From NCBI GenBank assembly GCA_029261995.1, contig JAJDAF010000010.1:196767-260766 (forward strand): 64,000 bases of DNA. The letters run 5' to 3'. Positions 28,607 to 38,560 of the stretch are shown in pieces. The stretch is from Candidatus Zhuqueibacterota bacterium (GTDB lineage: Bacteria > Zhuqueibacterota > Zhuqueibacteria > Oceanimicrobiales > Oceanimicrobiaceae). How positions within the stretch are numbered: the first letter of the stretch is position 1; each line of letters opens with the position of its first letter. A model generated the notes under the pieces. It searched no databases. It saw only the letters and a list, made by a program, of their open reading frames with translations, and was not told the DNA's origin. The position numbers were made by a program, and so were the translations under genes.

Positions 28607-29860
28607 ATGAGCGCACTCCTTATTGCCGATGACGAACAGACCTTCCTTGATTTTATGGTTCGCCTGCTGCAGAAAGACCACCAATTACTGATAGCCAAGA
28701 ACTGGAACGAGGTGCTTGAGAAATATGAAGCCAACCTTTGGCGGCTGAACGCTACCATTCTCGACGTAAACATGCCGGGGCTCAGTGGCGATCCGTTTAT
28801 GATGATAGACAAGCTTCTGAAGTCCAATCAGACCGTCCCCATGATTATTATCTCGGGACAGGATATCGTTTTGCGACATGAGTTCTTGAAAATGGGTGTG
28901 TTCCAGTACCATGGTAAGCCGATTGATATGGTGGATTTGAAACTGACCATCCAGAGTGCGCTCGACTACAATCGCGCCTTGCGCAAGCTGGAGAATTATG
29001 AAAAGGTAGATCGCGATTTGACGCGATACTATCAGCGCCTGCTCAAAATCGAGATCAGCGATTTGAGAGATCGGGTTCAGACGCAGGACACCAATACTCG
29101 CAAGTCGCCCGTACTTATTCGTTGCGAGCCTGGTTCGCGGCCGGACATGCTGGCCCGCATCGTCTGCGAAGATATTGACGGCAAACTGTTTTACAGCAAG
29201 GTGTGCAGTGAGTCACTAAAGAATATCGTACCTTACAATCTGCAAGACGGTGACACCCTTTATTTGGAAGGTATTGAAAACCTGGGACAGGAGGAGTGTT
29301 CCTTTCTGCTCAGCTTGTTCGAAAGTACCGAGCTTGATGGCGAGATGAATGGCGCGCAACTTCCGAAATTTCGCCTCATCGCCTCCGTTGGGCACGATGC
29401 CGCCCAAGCGGTTGCCGATGGCTCAGAGTTGGCGGCTCTGCTTGAGCATCTCTCTCGCATTGAGTTGCGCATCGAGCCGCTGCGGCTCCGCCAGCACGAA
29501 ATAAGGGAGATTGTCACGCTGATTTTCGAGCACAAAAAGAAGCGGCGTCTTGCCTATTCCGACACAATCTCTGAGGAGCTTTTTGAGTTGTTCACCGAAT
29601 ACAATTGGCCACTCAATTTCGAAGAACTTGACGTCATTCTCGAATGCCTGTTGCTGACCTGCCAGGACCGGCTCATTCTTCAAAAACATCTACACCAGCT
29701 CGACTTCTCGGATATTGCCAACTCGAAATACCCAACACTCGATGACATGGTGGACCAGCACATTCGTAAGGCCCTGCGTCTCACGCTCGGCAATAAATCC
29801 CGTGCGGCGAAAATGCTCGGCATCACGCCGAAAACCCTGTATTCAAGAATCCGCAATTAG
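28607..29860 (+). CDS. NtrC-like response regulator (REC - degenerate sigma54 AAA+ - Fis HTH)
   Basis: REC: ADDE, LDVNMP, GKP; AAA remnants VLIRCEPGS, TLYLEGI, WPLNFEEL; HTH GNKSRAAKMLGI..KTLY. Confidence 0.85.
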   Translation: MSALLIADDEQTFLDFMVRLLQKDHQLLIAKNWNEVLEKYEANLWRLNATILDVNMPGLSGDPFMMIDKLLKSNQTVPMIIISGQDIVLRHEFLKMGVFQYHGKPIDMVDLKLTIQSALDYNRALRKLENYEKVDRDLTRYYQRLLKIEISDLRDRVQTQDTNTRKSPVLIRCEPGSRPDMLARIVCEDIDGKLFYSKVCSESLKNIVPYNLQDGDTLYLEGIENLGQEECSFLLSLFESTELDGEMNGAQLPKFRLIASVGHDAAQAVADGSELAALLEHLSRIELRIEPLRLRQHEIREIVTLIFEHKKKRRLAYSDTISEELFELFTEYNWPLNFEELDVILECLLLTCQDRLILQKHLHQLDFSDIANSKYPTLDDMVDQHIRKALRLTLGNKSRAAKMLGITPKTLYSRIRN

Positions 29861-29928
29861 CACCAGGTCTCCTGGCTGCCGGCTCGCAAGGCCTTGCTTT
29901 TGGGGGACACACATCTTATCTTGGCTTC

Positions 29929-30339
29929 ATGCCTACTCCAGATAACTCTGAAAAGAGTATCCGTCTTGACAAGTGGCTCAAACTCAGCCGCCTGTGCAAG
30001 ACACGCAGCATCGCCACCCGCGCTTGCGACGATGGCAAGGTCAAGGTCAATGACGAAAAGGCGAAACCCGCGCGAGTCGTCAAGATTGGTGACGTGGTGA
30101 CTATCAAGCGTCGTAGCCAATATCGAAAGTTTGACATTGTGGATATCGTTTACAAGAATATCTCGAACAAGGATGCTCCCGGCCTCTACCACGAGCATGT
30201 GCCAGAGGCCAAGATTGCGGATGAATCGAAGGAATTGTACCAACTGCTGCAGGATTGGGATACCGACGGCAGGCGCAAATACAAAGGCCGGCCTACAAAA
30301 AAGGAACGCCGGCAAATTGATAAGAATCGCGATCGGTAG
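29929..30339 (+). CDS. hslR: Ribosome-associated heat shock protein Hsp15 (S4 domain)
   Basis: RLDKWL...KTRSIA...GKVKVN...KP, GRPTKKERR. Confidence 0.9.
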   Translation: MPTPDNSEKSIRLDKWLKLSRLCKTRSIATRACDDGKVKVNDEKAKPARVVKIGDVVTIKRRSQYRKFDIVDIVYKNISNKDAPGLYHEHVPEAKIADESKELYQLLQDWDTDGRRKYKGRPTKKERRQIDKNRDR

Positions 30340-30402
30340 GCAAGCGTAATTTATGGCGCCACGTGCTCAACCTCTGCCACACGACGCCATCATTCCGCCC
30401 GC

Positions 30403-31458
30403 TCAAATCAAGCCACTGATGTAATCGCCGACCTGGCTCGTGCCCAGGCTGCCTCCCAAATCTCTTGGCGTGTTGTCCGTTTTGATGGCTTGCTCGACCG
30501 CCTTTTCGACTTCAGCCCCTTCTTTTGAGAATCCCAAATAATCCAACATCAGCGCCAGAGTCAGAATTGCCGCCAGGGGATTCGCGACATTCTGCCCCGC
30601 ATATTTCGGAGCTGAGCCGTGCACCGGCTCGAACATCGAGGTGCCGGCCGGGTTGATGTTGCCGGACGCTGCCAGGCCCATGCCGCCCTGCAACTGGGCG
30701 CCGAGATCGGTCACGATGTCGCCAAACATGTTGCAGGTGACGATAACGCCGAATTGCTCCGGGCGTTTGATCATCTGCATGGTCAGGGCATCCACATACA
30801 AATGGTCCTTCTCGATGTCCGGGTATTCGGCCCCGATTTCTTCGAAGGCGCGCAGCCACAGATCATGGCCAAAGCGCAGGGCGTTGCTCTTGTCGGACAT
30901 GGTCACTTTGCCGCGCCCTTTTTGGGTCGCAAATTCAAAGGCGTATCGAATAATGCGTTCGACGCCTTTGCGCGTGTTGATGTCTTCCTGAGTCGCGATT
31001 TCGTCCGGTGTCCCCTTTTTGAAAATCCCGCCCATGCCCACGTACAATCCTTCCGTGTTTTCCCGAAACACCACAAAATCGACGTCTTTCTCAGTCTTAT
31101 TTTTGAGAGGGCAGAGCTTGGCGTCGGTCAGCTTGACGGGGCGGTAGTTGACGAACAGATCCAGCTTGAAGCGCAGCCCTAAAAGAATGTCGCGTGCGTG
31201 CGCCATATCGGGTACCCGTGGGTCTCCGAGCGCCCCAATGAAAATCGCGTCGTAGTTATTTCTGAAATCCTCAACCTGCGTTTCAGGCATCGTGGTGCCA
31301 TCACGTAAGTAACGCTCGGCGCCATAGTCGAATTCGGTCACATCCAGCGGCAAGCCGAACTTTGTCTGCACTGCTTTCAGAACTTTCTTGGCCTCAACCG
31401 TGACATCGACGCCAATTCCATCTCCCGCGATAACCGCGATCTGTTTCCTGTCTGACAT
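30403..31458 (-). CDS. leuB: 3-isopropylmalate dehydrogenase (beta-decarboxylating dehydrogenase family)
   Basis: GDGIG, RENTEG.Y, DKSN, NMFGDIVTD, FEPVHGSAP; substrate specificity not certain. Confidence 0.82.
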   Translation of the reverse strand: MSDRKQIAVIAGDGIGVDVTVEAKKVLKAVQTKFGLPLDVTEFDYGAERYLRDGTTMPETQVEDFRNNYDAIFIGALGDPRVPDMAHARDILLGLRFKLDLFVNYRPVKLTDAKLCPLKNKTEKDVDFVVFRENTEGLYVGMGGIFKKGTPDEIATQEDINTRKGVERIIRYAFEFATQKGRGKVTMSDKSNALRFGHDLWLRAFEEIGAEYPDIEKDHLYVDALTMQMIKRPEQFGVIVTCNMFGDIVTDLGAQLQGGMGLAASGNINPAGTSMFEPVHGSAPKYAGQNVANPLAAILTLALMLDYLGFSKEGAEVEKAVEQAIKTDNTPRDLGGSLGTSQVGDYISGLI

Positions 31459-31610
31459 AGTCTCTCCGTTAACGTGTCTTTCTGTCTTGACTTGAATCTA
31501 AGCAAGTATGCCGGGATTTGCAAGATACAGCTTTGTAAGATAGCCGCAAGCAATAATTTGCTGCATTATCAACTTGACTGCTCAAGTGTTTTTCCCTACT
31601 TTAGACGATT

Positions 31611-32300
31611 ATGTTTCGTGACCGCATCAAGACCATCTTTTTTGACCTGGACAACACTCTGTTCGACCATGCGCGTGCAGAAAGAACTGCCTTGGTTGAA
31701 ATCCTGAATTCGCATCTGCAGGACGGCGCCGTCGAATTGTTCGTGGCGGCGTACCACCGGGTGAACGCCATGCTCTGGCGGCAAATGGCGGAAGGCGAAA
31801 TCGCCGCGGAAGCTCTGAAAGTACAACGGTTTAAGATGGTGTTTGATGAACTAGGCCTACCGAGTCCCGACTGCGTGGCCCTCTCGCAGGATTACCTGGA
31901 AGTCTATTCCGGAATGGCATTCACCGTTCCCGGGGCTCGCGAAGTGCTGGCGGACCTGAGCAAGAATTACGTGCTTGGCGTTTTGTCAAACGGGTTTCCA
32001 CCCGTGCAACGCAATAAACTGGCTGCTACCGGGCTTGAGAGCTTTTTTGTTCATCAGGTTTTCTCCGGTGACGTGGGCGCCATGAAGCCCTCCCGCAAGA
32101 TTTTCGATTTCGCTGCCGACTTGAGTGCCGCGGCTCCTGGCCACCTGGCCTATGTTGGCGATTCGTTTGAGAGCGACGTAGTTGGCGCCAAAAATGCCGG
32201 CTGGCTTGCCATTTTTTTTGATCCCGAAAACACTGTTCCGTTGTCGAACCAGGCAGACGCAAGGATTAGCAGCCTATCTGAGCTGACGATACTTTTTTGA
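31611..32300 (+). CDS. YjjG-like HAD pyrimidine nucleotidase
   Basis: FDLDNTL, SNG, KP..IF, VGDS..DVVGAKNAG. Confidence 0.88.
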   Translation: MFRDRIKTIFFDLDNTLFDHARAERTALVEILNSHLQDGAVELFVAAYHRVNAMLWRQMAEGEIAAEALKVQRFKMVFDELGLPSPDCVALSQDYLEVYSGMAFTVPGAREVLADLSKNYVLGVLSNGFPPVQRNKLAATGLESFFVHQVFSGDVGAMKPSRKIFDFAADLSAAAPGHLAYVGDSFESDVVGAKNAGWLAIFFDPENTVPLSNQADARISSLSELTILF

Positions 32301-32342
32301 GTGTCTGCGCGAGTTTTTTACGTTTAACCGGAGAAGTTCTGT

Positions 32343-33929
32343 ATGAAAAGGTTGGTCTTCTTGCTATGTGTTACAGCCACTGCTTCCGCAATCGGTCAGG
32401 TCACGCACCATGTCTCTTTGGTGGGCAATCTAAACACCGGACGCTATACAAATGATGTTTGGGGCTACGCCGACGATGCCGGCAATGAATACGCAATCGT
32501 CGGCCATCGAACCGGTACTGCGATTGTTCTCGTCACGCCAGACAGCCTGATTGAGGTCGATTTCGTTCCCGGCGTATCTTCGACCTGGCGCGACATCAAA
32601 ACGCACGGGAATTATGCTTACGTGACAGCCGACCGCGGTAACGAGGGCCTGCTTATTCTGGATTTGTCGCCTCTGCCGGACTCCGTGCGAGTTGTCGATA
32701 GATTCGCCAACGCCTTTACCCGGGCACACAACCTTTACATCGAAAACGGGCATGCCTACATTTCTGGCTCAAATAGCGCGCGCGGAGCCGACATCCTGGA
32801 TTTGGCGAATCCGGAAGTCCCGGTCGAGGTAGGCTCGATCACCTTCAATTATTTCCATGACATCTTCACCCGCAACGACACATTGTTTGGCAGCACCGAA
32901 CGCCGGGGCTCCCTCGCAATCTTCGATGTCACTGGTAAGGCGAGGCCGGCGCTTGTGGCGGAGATTCCGTTTCCCGGCGGCGGCATCTCGCACAACAGTT
33001 GGGCGACGCCTGATGGCCAGTTTGTCATGACCACAGAGGAGACCAGCGGTCAGTCGGTGAAGATGTGGGACATCAGCAACCTCGGCAATCCAACGCTGGT
33101 TGACGAATATCTGTCGGGTAGCAGGCTGGCACACAACACGCACATTCAGGGAGATTATGCTTATATCTCGCATTACGCGGATGGCGTGCGCATTCTTGAT
33201 ATTTCCGACCCCAGTCATATGGTAGAGGTTGGTGGCTTTGATACCAACGCCGGCACTTCCGGATTTGCGGGCTGCTGGGGCGCCTATCCATTTACGAACT
33301 CTGGCTACGTTTACGCCTCAGATCAGGACAATGGACTATTTGTGTTGGACTTCGACGGCACCCGCGCCACTCGAATAAACGGGCATGTTTTCGATTCTGA
33401 GACTGGCAAAATACTTAGTGGAGCCCAGGTTGAGGTGCTGGAGAATGGCATCTCTGCCATCAGTAACGTTGATGGCAAATACAAGCTTGGCCTGACCGCT
33501 GGCGGCATCTTCACCTTGAGGGTCAGCAACAATGGTTATGAAACCGCCAACGTATCGGTTATGGTGGGTGATGGCGAGACAGCCAACAAACTCATTTTTC
33601 TGAAGCCTTCCGTAACCACTGGAATCGCCGACGATTCAGGGTTGATTCCAGATGAGTTCAGCGTGGCGCAGAACTATCCGAATCCCTTCAACGGCGGCAC
33701 GACGCTGAGCTACAATCTACCGCTGACAGTCAGAGTCAAAGTGAGCATATTCAACACAGTGGGAAGCGAATTGCGAGTGTTGCAGGACGGCTTGCAACCG
33801 GCAGGACACCACCAGATTCAATGGGATGGCAGGAACGCACAGGGGCATGAGTTGCCGAGCGGGATTTACTATTATCAGATTGATGCCGCCGGTGAGGTGC
33901 TGGCCGGCAAAATGATCATGGTGAAGTAA
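32343..33929 (+). CDS. Secreted choice-of-anchor B / LVIVD-repeat protein with carboxypeptidase-regulatory-like domain and C-terminal sorting domain
   Basis: DVWGY, WRDIK, AHN, HD, HN.W, WGAYP; CTD QNYPNPFN...WDG...SGIY. Confidence 0.85.
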   Translation: MKRLVFLLCVTATASAIGQVTHHVSLVGNLNTGRYTNDVWGYADDAGNEYAIVGHRTGTAIVLVTPDSLIEVDFVPGVSSTWRDIKTHGNYAYVTADRGNEGLLILDLSPLPDSVRVVDRFANAFTRAHNLYIENGHAYISGSNSARGADILDLANPEVPVEVGSITFNYFHDIFTRNDTLFGSTERRGSLAIFDVTGKARPALVAEIPFPGGGISHNSWATPDGQFVMTTEETSGQSVKMWDISNLGNPTLVDEYLSGSRLAHNTHIQGDYAYISHYADGVRILDISDPSHMVEVGGFDTNAGTSGFAGCWGAYPFTNSGYVYASDQDNGLFVLDFDGTRATRINGHVFDSETGKILSGAQVEVLENGISAISNVDGKYKLGLTAGGIFTLRVSNNGYETANVSVMVGDGETANKLIFLKPSVTTGIADDSGLIPDEFSVAQNYPNPFNGGTTLSYNLPLTVRVKVSIFNTVGSELRVLQDGLQPAGHHQIQWDGRNAQGHELPSGIYYYQIDAAGEVLAGKMIMVK

Positions 33930-34704
33930 GCAGCCCACCCTCTATTTCCGCCGGCAGTGCGGCGATGGAATCCAGAAGATGGTCAGGCCGGATGTCAGAG
34001 GCCTCCAGGTTGTCGTGTTGATATTTGCCGGTTTTGACGAGTATCGTTCTAAGACCAGCAGCGTTGCCACCGGCAATGTCGGTAAAGATGTCGTCTCCAA
34101 CCATGGCGACCCGGTCTGGCGAGAGCGCCATGTCCTGCAAGGCCATCTGAAAGTAGGCTGGGTTGGGCTTCCCAACCACGGTGGCTTCAACTTCGGCCGC
34201 ATATTCCAGCGCTGCCACAAAAGCGCCCACGTCCATTGACAGGCCCTCGAGTGTCTGCCAGAACCGGTTCTTTTGCAGAGCGATGAGGCGTGTGCCCTCC
34301 TTTAAAAGGCGAAAGCCTTTGTTCAGAGTTTCGAAGGTGAATTGCGCTCCCAGGTCACCGACAACCACCGCTTGCGGGTTGCGGTCCGTGACCTCGAGTT
34401 CAGCAAAATCTTCTTGCGGCTCCTCAGGCAACATCAAATGCACCCGTTTGATGCCCTGCTTTTTCAACCACTGAGCGGCGACCGTGCAGGTGCTGAAAAT
34501 GTCCTGCGGCTTTGCCGGAAACCCCATGTTGGTGAGTTTTTCGGCAAGCGCGCGTTGGGAACGCATGGTCGTGTTGGTCAGGAAACGAAACGGTAGATCG
34601 CGCGAGCGCAGCCAGTTCACCGCCTCAATCGCACCCTCGATGGGTTGACTTTCAACGTACAGGACGCCATCCAAATCGATCAAGAAACCGCGCAGCCGTT
34701 TCAC
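33916..34704 (-). CDS. HAD IIA hydrolase (LHPP/HDHD2-like)
   Basis: DLDGVLY, TNTT, GKP, MVGDD..DIAG, LVKTGKY. Confidence 0.9.
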   Translation of the reverse strand: MKRLRGFLIDLDGVLYVESQPIEGAIEAVNWLRSRDLPFRFLTNTTMRSQRALAEKLTNMGFPAKPQDIFSTCTVAAQWLKKQGIKRVHLMLPEEPQEDFAELEVTDRNPQAVVVGDLGAQFTFETLNKGFRLLKEGTRLIALQKNRFWQTLEGLSMDVGAFVAALEYAAEVEATVVGKPNPAYFQMALQDMALSPDRVAMVGDDIFTDIAGGNAAGLRTILVKTGKYQHDNLEASDIRPDHLLDSIAALPAEIEGGLLTSP

Positions 34705-35213
34705 AGGCTCACCGGATGCTTTGCTTCAAGCAGCGCTTCCAGGTTTTCCAGAGCTTTTTCAAGTGTCTTGCTGACCAGTCTTTTCATAAATCTGTTCATG
34801 AGTCTGCCGGAAATACCCACCGGCACCCAGGTTCCAATCAGGCGTAGCGTGACTTTGCTATCGATGTTGGTCATGGTAAGCGTGGTTTTGATTTCTTTGG
34901 CGTAGTCGAGTTCTCTGTTGTCGACGACGTCTTTGAGATGCTGCCAGGTAATCCGGTGTGGCGGTTCCCAGGCGATCACTTCCAGAAGCGATTCTCCCTT
35001 ACCGAGCTTGAGATGGGTTTTCAAAACCTGCTGCCTGCCCAAGCCTGAGTTCTTCCTGGTCCGGCCTTTGACACGTGCTTCAACGACCGGCGGCATCCAT
35101 TCCGGCAGGCGATCGACATCGGTGGCCAGTTGCCAGAGCTTGTCAGGGGCGACTCGGATGACTCGACTTGCTTTAACGTTGAGCATTTTCCAAAAAGAGT
35201 TTGATGGTTTCAT
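34701..35213 (-). CDS. SRPBCC (polyketide cyclase/START) family protein
   Basis: IRVAPDKLW...D..RLPEW.P, WEPPHRITW, C-terminal helix; start 35213 or 35186. Confidence 0.75.
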   Translation of the reverse strand: MKPSNSFWKMLNVKASRVIRVAPDKLWQLATDVDRLPEWMPPVVEARVKGRTRKNSGLGRQQVLKTHLKLGKGESLLEVIAWEPPHRITWQHLKDVVDNRELDYAKEIKTTLTMTNIDSKVTLRLIGTWVPVGISGRLMNRFMKRLVSKTLEKALENLEALLEAKHPVSL

Positions 35214-35381
35214 CAGAGCGGACTCTACGTAAATCAAAACCGCGGAGAATGTCAAGGTATTTTGCGGGATTTGTGGGGGCAGCAAATCAATTATTGCATG
35301 AGCTAGCAGAATTATCTAAATTGGCGCGGACAGCAGGTCCGTCGTTGAATTGACTCCGCACAACATGAGAAACCATCGAGA

Positions 35382-36140
35382 ATGTCAGAAATTATCTTTG
35401 GGCGAAATCCGGTTTTGGAAGCTTTGCGCGCGGGCAGCACTATCGAGAAGATTTTGGTCGATGACAATCTTTCACATCCTCGGCTCGGCGAAATTTTGAC
35501 ACTCGCCAGAGCCAGGAAGACCACCATTCAAAAAGTGCCACGCCAGAAGCTTATTGCCGTTGCCGGCCAGGAGAAAACGCAAGGAGTGGTTGCTTACATC
35601 GCAGACTCACAGTACGCGACCGTTGCCGATATTTTTCACGAAAGTTCGGTCCGCAATGAACCGCCGCTGATTGCCTGCCTTGACGGCATTGAGGATCCGC
35701 ACAATCTCGGGGCGATTCTCCGCAGCGCGGATGGCGCCGGGTTCCACGGCGTGGTTCTGCCAAAACGTCGCTCGGCTGGCACTTCGGGAATCGTGGCAAA
35801 AACCTCGGCCGGCGCTTCCGTTCACGTGCTGACAGCACAAGTGTCAAATCTAAACTACACACTGGATGCGCTGAAGAAACAGAACGTCTGGTGCGTCGGG
35901 GCAGATCAGGAAGGCACTCAAACCTACTATGAAGCTGATCTTACCGGCCCGCTGGCGGTCGTAGTTGGCGCTGAAGGCAAGGGACTCCACCGCCTGGTAC
36001 GTGAAAAGTGTGACTTTCTGGTCAGGATCCCGATGTTCGGCAGGGTGAATTCGCTAAATGCCTCCGTGGCGGCGGCGCTGCTATTTTTTGAAATAAGACG
36101 CCAGAGAGGGCTTGCCGGAGAAAGGTCAAACAGCGTTTGA
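35382..36140 (+). CDS. rlmB: 23S rRNA (Gm2251) methyltransferase
   Basis: IFGRNPVLEAL, DPHNLGAILRSA, GAEGKG, IPMFGRVNSLNAS. Confidence 0.95.
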   Translation: MSEIIFGRNPVLEALRAGSTIEKILVDDNLSHPRLGEILTLARARKTTIQKVPRQKLIAVAGQEKTQGVVAYIADSQYATVADIFHESSVRNEPPLIACLDGIEDPHNLGAILRSADGAGFHGVVLPKRRSAGTSGIVAKTSAGASVHVLTAQVSNLNYTLDALKKQNVWCVGADQEGTQTYYEADLTGPLAVVVGAEGKGLHRLVREKCDFLVRIPMFGRVNSLNASVAAALLFFEIRRQRGLAGERSNSV

Positions 36141-36219
36141 CGAAAGTAAGGTTTTGCCAATTGAGAGGCAGGACCGGAGTCCGTTTGTGCCGCACCACTC
36201 AAGCCTGATCTGAAAACAA

Positions 36220-36247
36220 AAATGGCCTGTATTTCTACAGGCCATTT
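36220..36247. terminator. Bidirectional terminator between rlmB and tRNA-Leu
   Basis: AAATGGCCTGTA-TTTC-TACAGGCCATTT flanked by A/T tracts. Confidence 0.85.
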
Positions 36248-36260
36248 ATTTTACTTTGGG

Positions 36261-36344
36261 TGCCGAAGGTGGGATTCGAACCCACACGGGATTGCTCCCA
36301 CACGGCCCTGAACCGTGCGCGTCTGCCAGTTTCACCACTTCGGC
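36261..36344 (-). tRNA. tRNA-Leu(CAG)
   Basis: Acceptor GCCGAAG/CTTCGGC, anticodon arm CACGG-TTCAGGG-CCGTG, long variable arm, GGTTCGAATCC; discriminator A followed by CCC, so CCA is not encoded. Confidence 0.97.
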
Positions 36345-36361
36345 TTGTTTAACGAACGACT

Positions 36362-36436
36362 AATTTAACGATCAGAAAATTCAAAGTCAAGATTTTTCAA
36401 ACCCGACTTGACTTTGATGGGCGAATGCAGTAATTT
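36362..36436. promoter_or_regulatory. Back-to-back sigma70 promoters for tRNA-Leu and smpB
   Basis: Minus: TTGACT-N17-TAAATT (36390-36362); plus: TTGACT-N17-TAATTT (36408-36436). Confidence 0.65.
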
Positions 36437-36444
36437 TCGCGGCT

Positions 36445-36903
36445 ATGAGTGAGAAGATTATCACAAAGAACCGGAAGGCCTGGCATGACTACCATATTGT
36501 CGATACGGTCGAGGCCGGCATTGTGCTGCTGGGTACGGAAGTGAAGGCCCTGCGCGACGGCAAAGCAAACCTGCGGGACAGTTATGCCAACGTGAAAAAC
36601 CAGGAGGTCTTTCTCTACAACGTGCATATCAGCCACTACTCGCACGGCAATCTCAACAACCACGAGCCGCTGAGGGAGCGCAAGTTGCTGCTGCACCGCA
36701 AGGAGATCAAAAAGCTCATCGGCAAGACTCAGGAAAAGGGTCTGACTCTGGTGCCGCTCAAGCTCTATTTCAAACGCGGCAAAGTTAAGGTTGAGTTGGC
36801 CATGGCCCGCGGCAAGAAGTTACACGACAAACGACATACCATCGCCAAGCGTGACGCCGACCGAGATCTGCAGCGGACTTTGAAGAGCAAAGACCAATAT
36901 TAA
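36445..36903 (+). CDS. smpB: SsrA-binding protein
   Basis: [33 protein letters not shown]. Confidence 0.98.
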   Translation: MSEKIITKNRKAWHDYHIVDTVEAGIVLLGTEVKALRDGKANLRDSYANVKNQEVFLYNVHISHYSHGNLNNHEPLRERKLLLHRKEIKKLIGKTQEKGLTLVPLKLYFKRGKVKVELAMARGKKLHDKRHTIAKRDADRDLQRTLKSKDQY

Positions 36904-36972
36904 TCGATCGTTAGTTCCCTCCTCTCAACAACTCATTGAGACAAGAACTCTACTTTGGAAGGCTGGAAGACA

Positions 36973-38208
36973 TTGAGCAAGACTAACGTTTACGACACGC
37001 TGAAAGAGCGCGGTTTCATAAAACAGGTGACTGACGAAGATGCGGTTCAAGCCGCGCTGGGCAATAGCCAGGTAACGGCCTACGTTGGATTTGACCCCAC
37101 GGCGGATAGCCTGCACGTCGGTAATCTGCTTGGCTTGATGGCGCTGGCCCACCTTCAGCGCGCAGGGCATCGCCCAATCGCGCTTATCGGGGACGGCACC
37201 GGAATGATCGGAGACCCGAGCGGCAAGACAGAGATGCGTCAACTGCTCACGCGCGAAAAAATCGCATCGAATGCGGAGAGGATCAATGCGCAAATCAATC
37301 GCTACTTTACGATGGACGGACATGCCGGCTTTGCGGTGCGCAACGCCGACTGGCTGCTGGACCTGAATCTGGTGGAATTCCTGCGCGACATCGGCCGCCA
37401 CTTTAGCGTTAACAGAATGCTGGCCGCGGAGTCTTACAAGGTGCGAATGGAGACTGGTCTGTCGTTCATCGAGTTCAACTATCAAATTCTGCAGGCGTAC
37501 GATTTTCTGAAGTTGTTCAGAAGTCATGGTTGTACCCTGCAAATGGGCGGAGACGACCAGTGGGGCAACATTATCGCGGGCACGGATTTGATTCGTCGTG
37601 TGGAAAGCCAACCTGCTGAAGGGCTGACCTGGCCGCTCCTGACCACCGCCGGCGGCCAGAAAATGGGCAAGACCGCCAAAGGCGCGGTATGGCTCGACGG
37701 CAGCAAAACCTCGCCCTACGAGTACTACCAGTACTGGATAAACGTCGATGACCGAGATGTCGTCGCGCTCCTGAAATACTACACGTTTCTGCCAATGACT
37801 GAGATCGAGAAGCTGGCGCGGCTCGAAGGTGCTGAGATTCGTAAGGCAAAAGAGGTGCTCGCCTACGAAACCACCGAAATCACGCACGGCAAAGGTGAGG
37901 CCGATAAGGCGCGCGAAGCCTCCCGCAGCGCTTTCGGTGGCGGAGGACAGGACATCAGCGCCGTACCCACCACCGAAATGGCGTCCAGCCGTTTTGACGC
38001 CGGGGTTCTGGTGGTCGATGTGTTCGCCGAAGTGGGGCTGACTAAGTCGAAGGGCGAAGCGCGGCGGCTCATCCAGCAGGGTGGGGCTTACGTTAACGAG
38101 AAGAAGGTCGAGACAATTGACGATAGCCTGACCATTGCGAACGCCGTGGAAGGAGCACTCATGCTGCGAGCAGGCAAGAAGCGCTACCACCGTCTTATGA
38201 TCAAGTGA
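36973..38208 (+). CDS. tyrS: Tyrosine--tRNA ligase
   Basis: YVGFDPTADSLHVGN (HIGH), QAYDF, GGDDQWGN, KMGKT, C-terminal S4 domain. Confidence 0.98.
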   Translation: MSKTNVYDTLKERGFIKQVTDEDAVQAALGNSQVTAYVGFDPTADSLHVGNLLGLMALAHLQRAGHRPIALIGDGTGMIGDPSGKTEMRQLLTREKIASNAERINAQINRYFTMDGHAGFAVRNADWLLDLNLVEFLRDIGRHFSVNRMLAAESYKVRMETGLSFIEFNYQILQAYDFLKLFRSHGCTLQMGGDDQWGNIIAGTDLIRRVESQPAEGLTWPLLTTAGGQKMGKTAKGAVWLDGSKTSPYEYYQYWINVDDRDVVALLKYYTFLPMTEIEKLARLEGAEIRKAKEVLAYETTEITHGKGEADKAREASRSAFGGGGQDISAVPTTEMASSRFDAGVLVVDVFAEVGLTKSKGEARRLIQQGGAYVNEKKVETIDDSLTIANAVEGALMLRAGKKRYHRLMIK

Positions 38209-38560
38209 GTCAGTCACGCTGCAGAACCACCTGCAATCCAGTTGCGGCAGCGATCTGCGCCAGGAGCTATTTTTTCCTTGAATTCGTTGCAAAATATTCA
38301 TTTCTTCCCCAATCGTAATTGTAACTACTAGGATTGCACGTGGTTCATCTGAAGTTCCTGCGAAGATCTTCGATTGGCTTTGTGAGTTCACTCCGGGTGG
38401 CAGATGGGCTCTGGAGGGTTCGGAACAGGCCACTTGACATTGAACAAAGAGTTGTTGATTTGATGCAAATTGTTTGTATGGCCCGCTTGCCGTCTCACCG
38501 TCAGGTCTTCACGTCGCCATGTGTAAACAATCGATTTCTGCAAAAGCGAAGGAGAGAAAC

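Noticed and set aside
36261..36903. tRNA-Leu/smpB as an integration hotspot or tmRNA locus
   Set aside because: No integrase, no duplicated tRNA 3' end and no ssrA-like sequence seen nearby
36925..38433. 502-aa antisense ORF in codon register with tyrS
   Set aside because: Shadow ORF expected when the sense gene avoids TTA/CTA/TCA codons; no recognisable motifs
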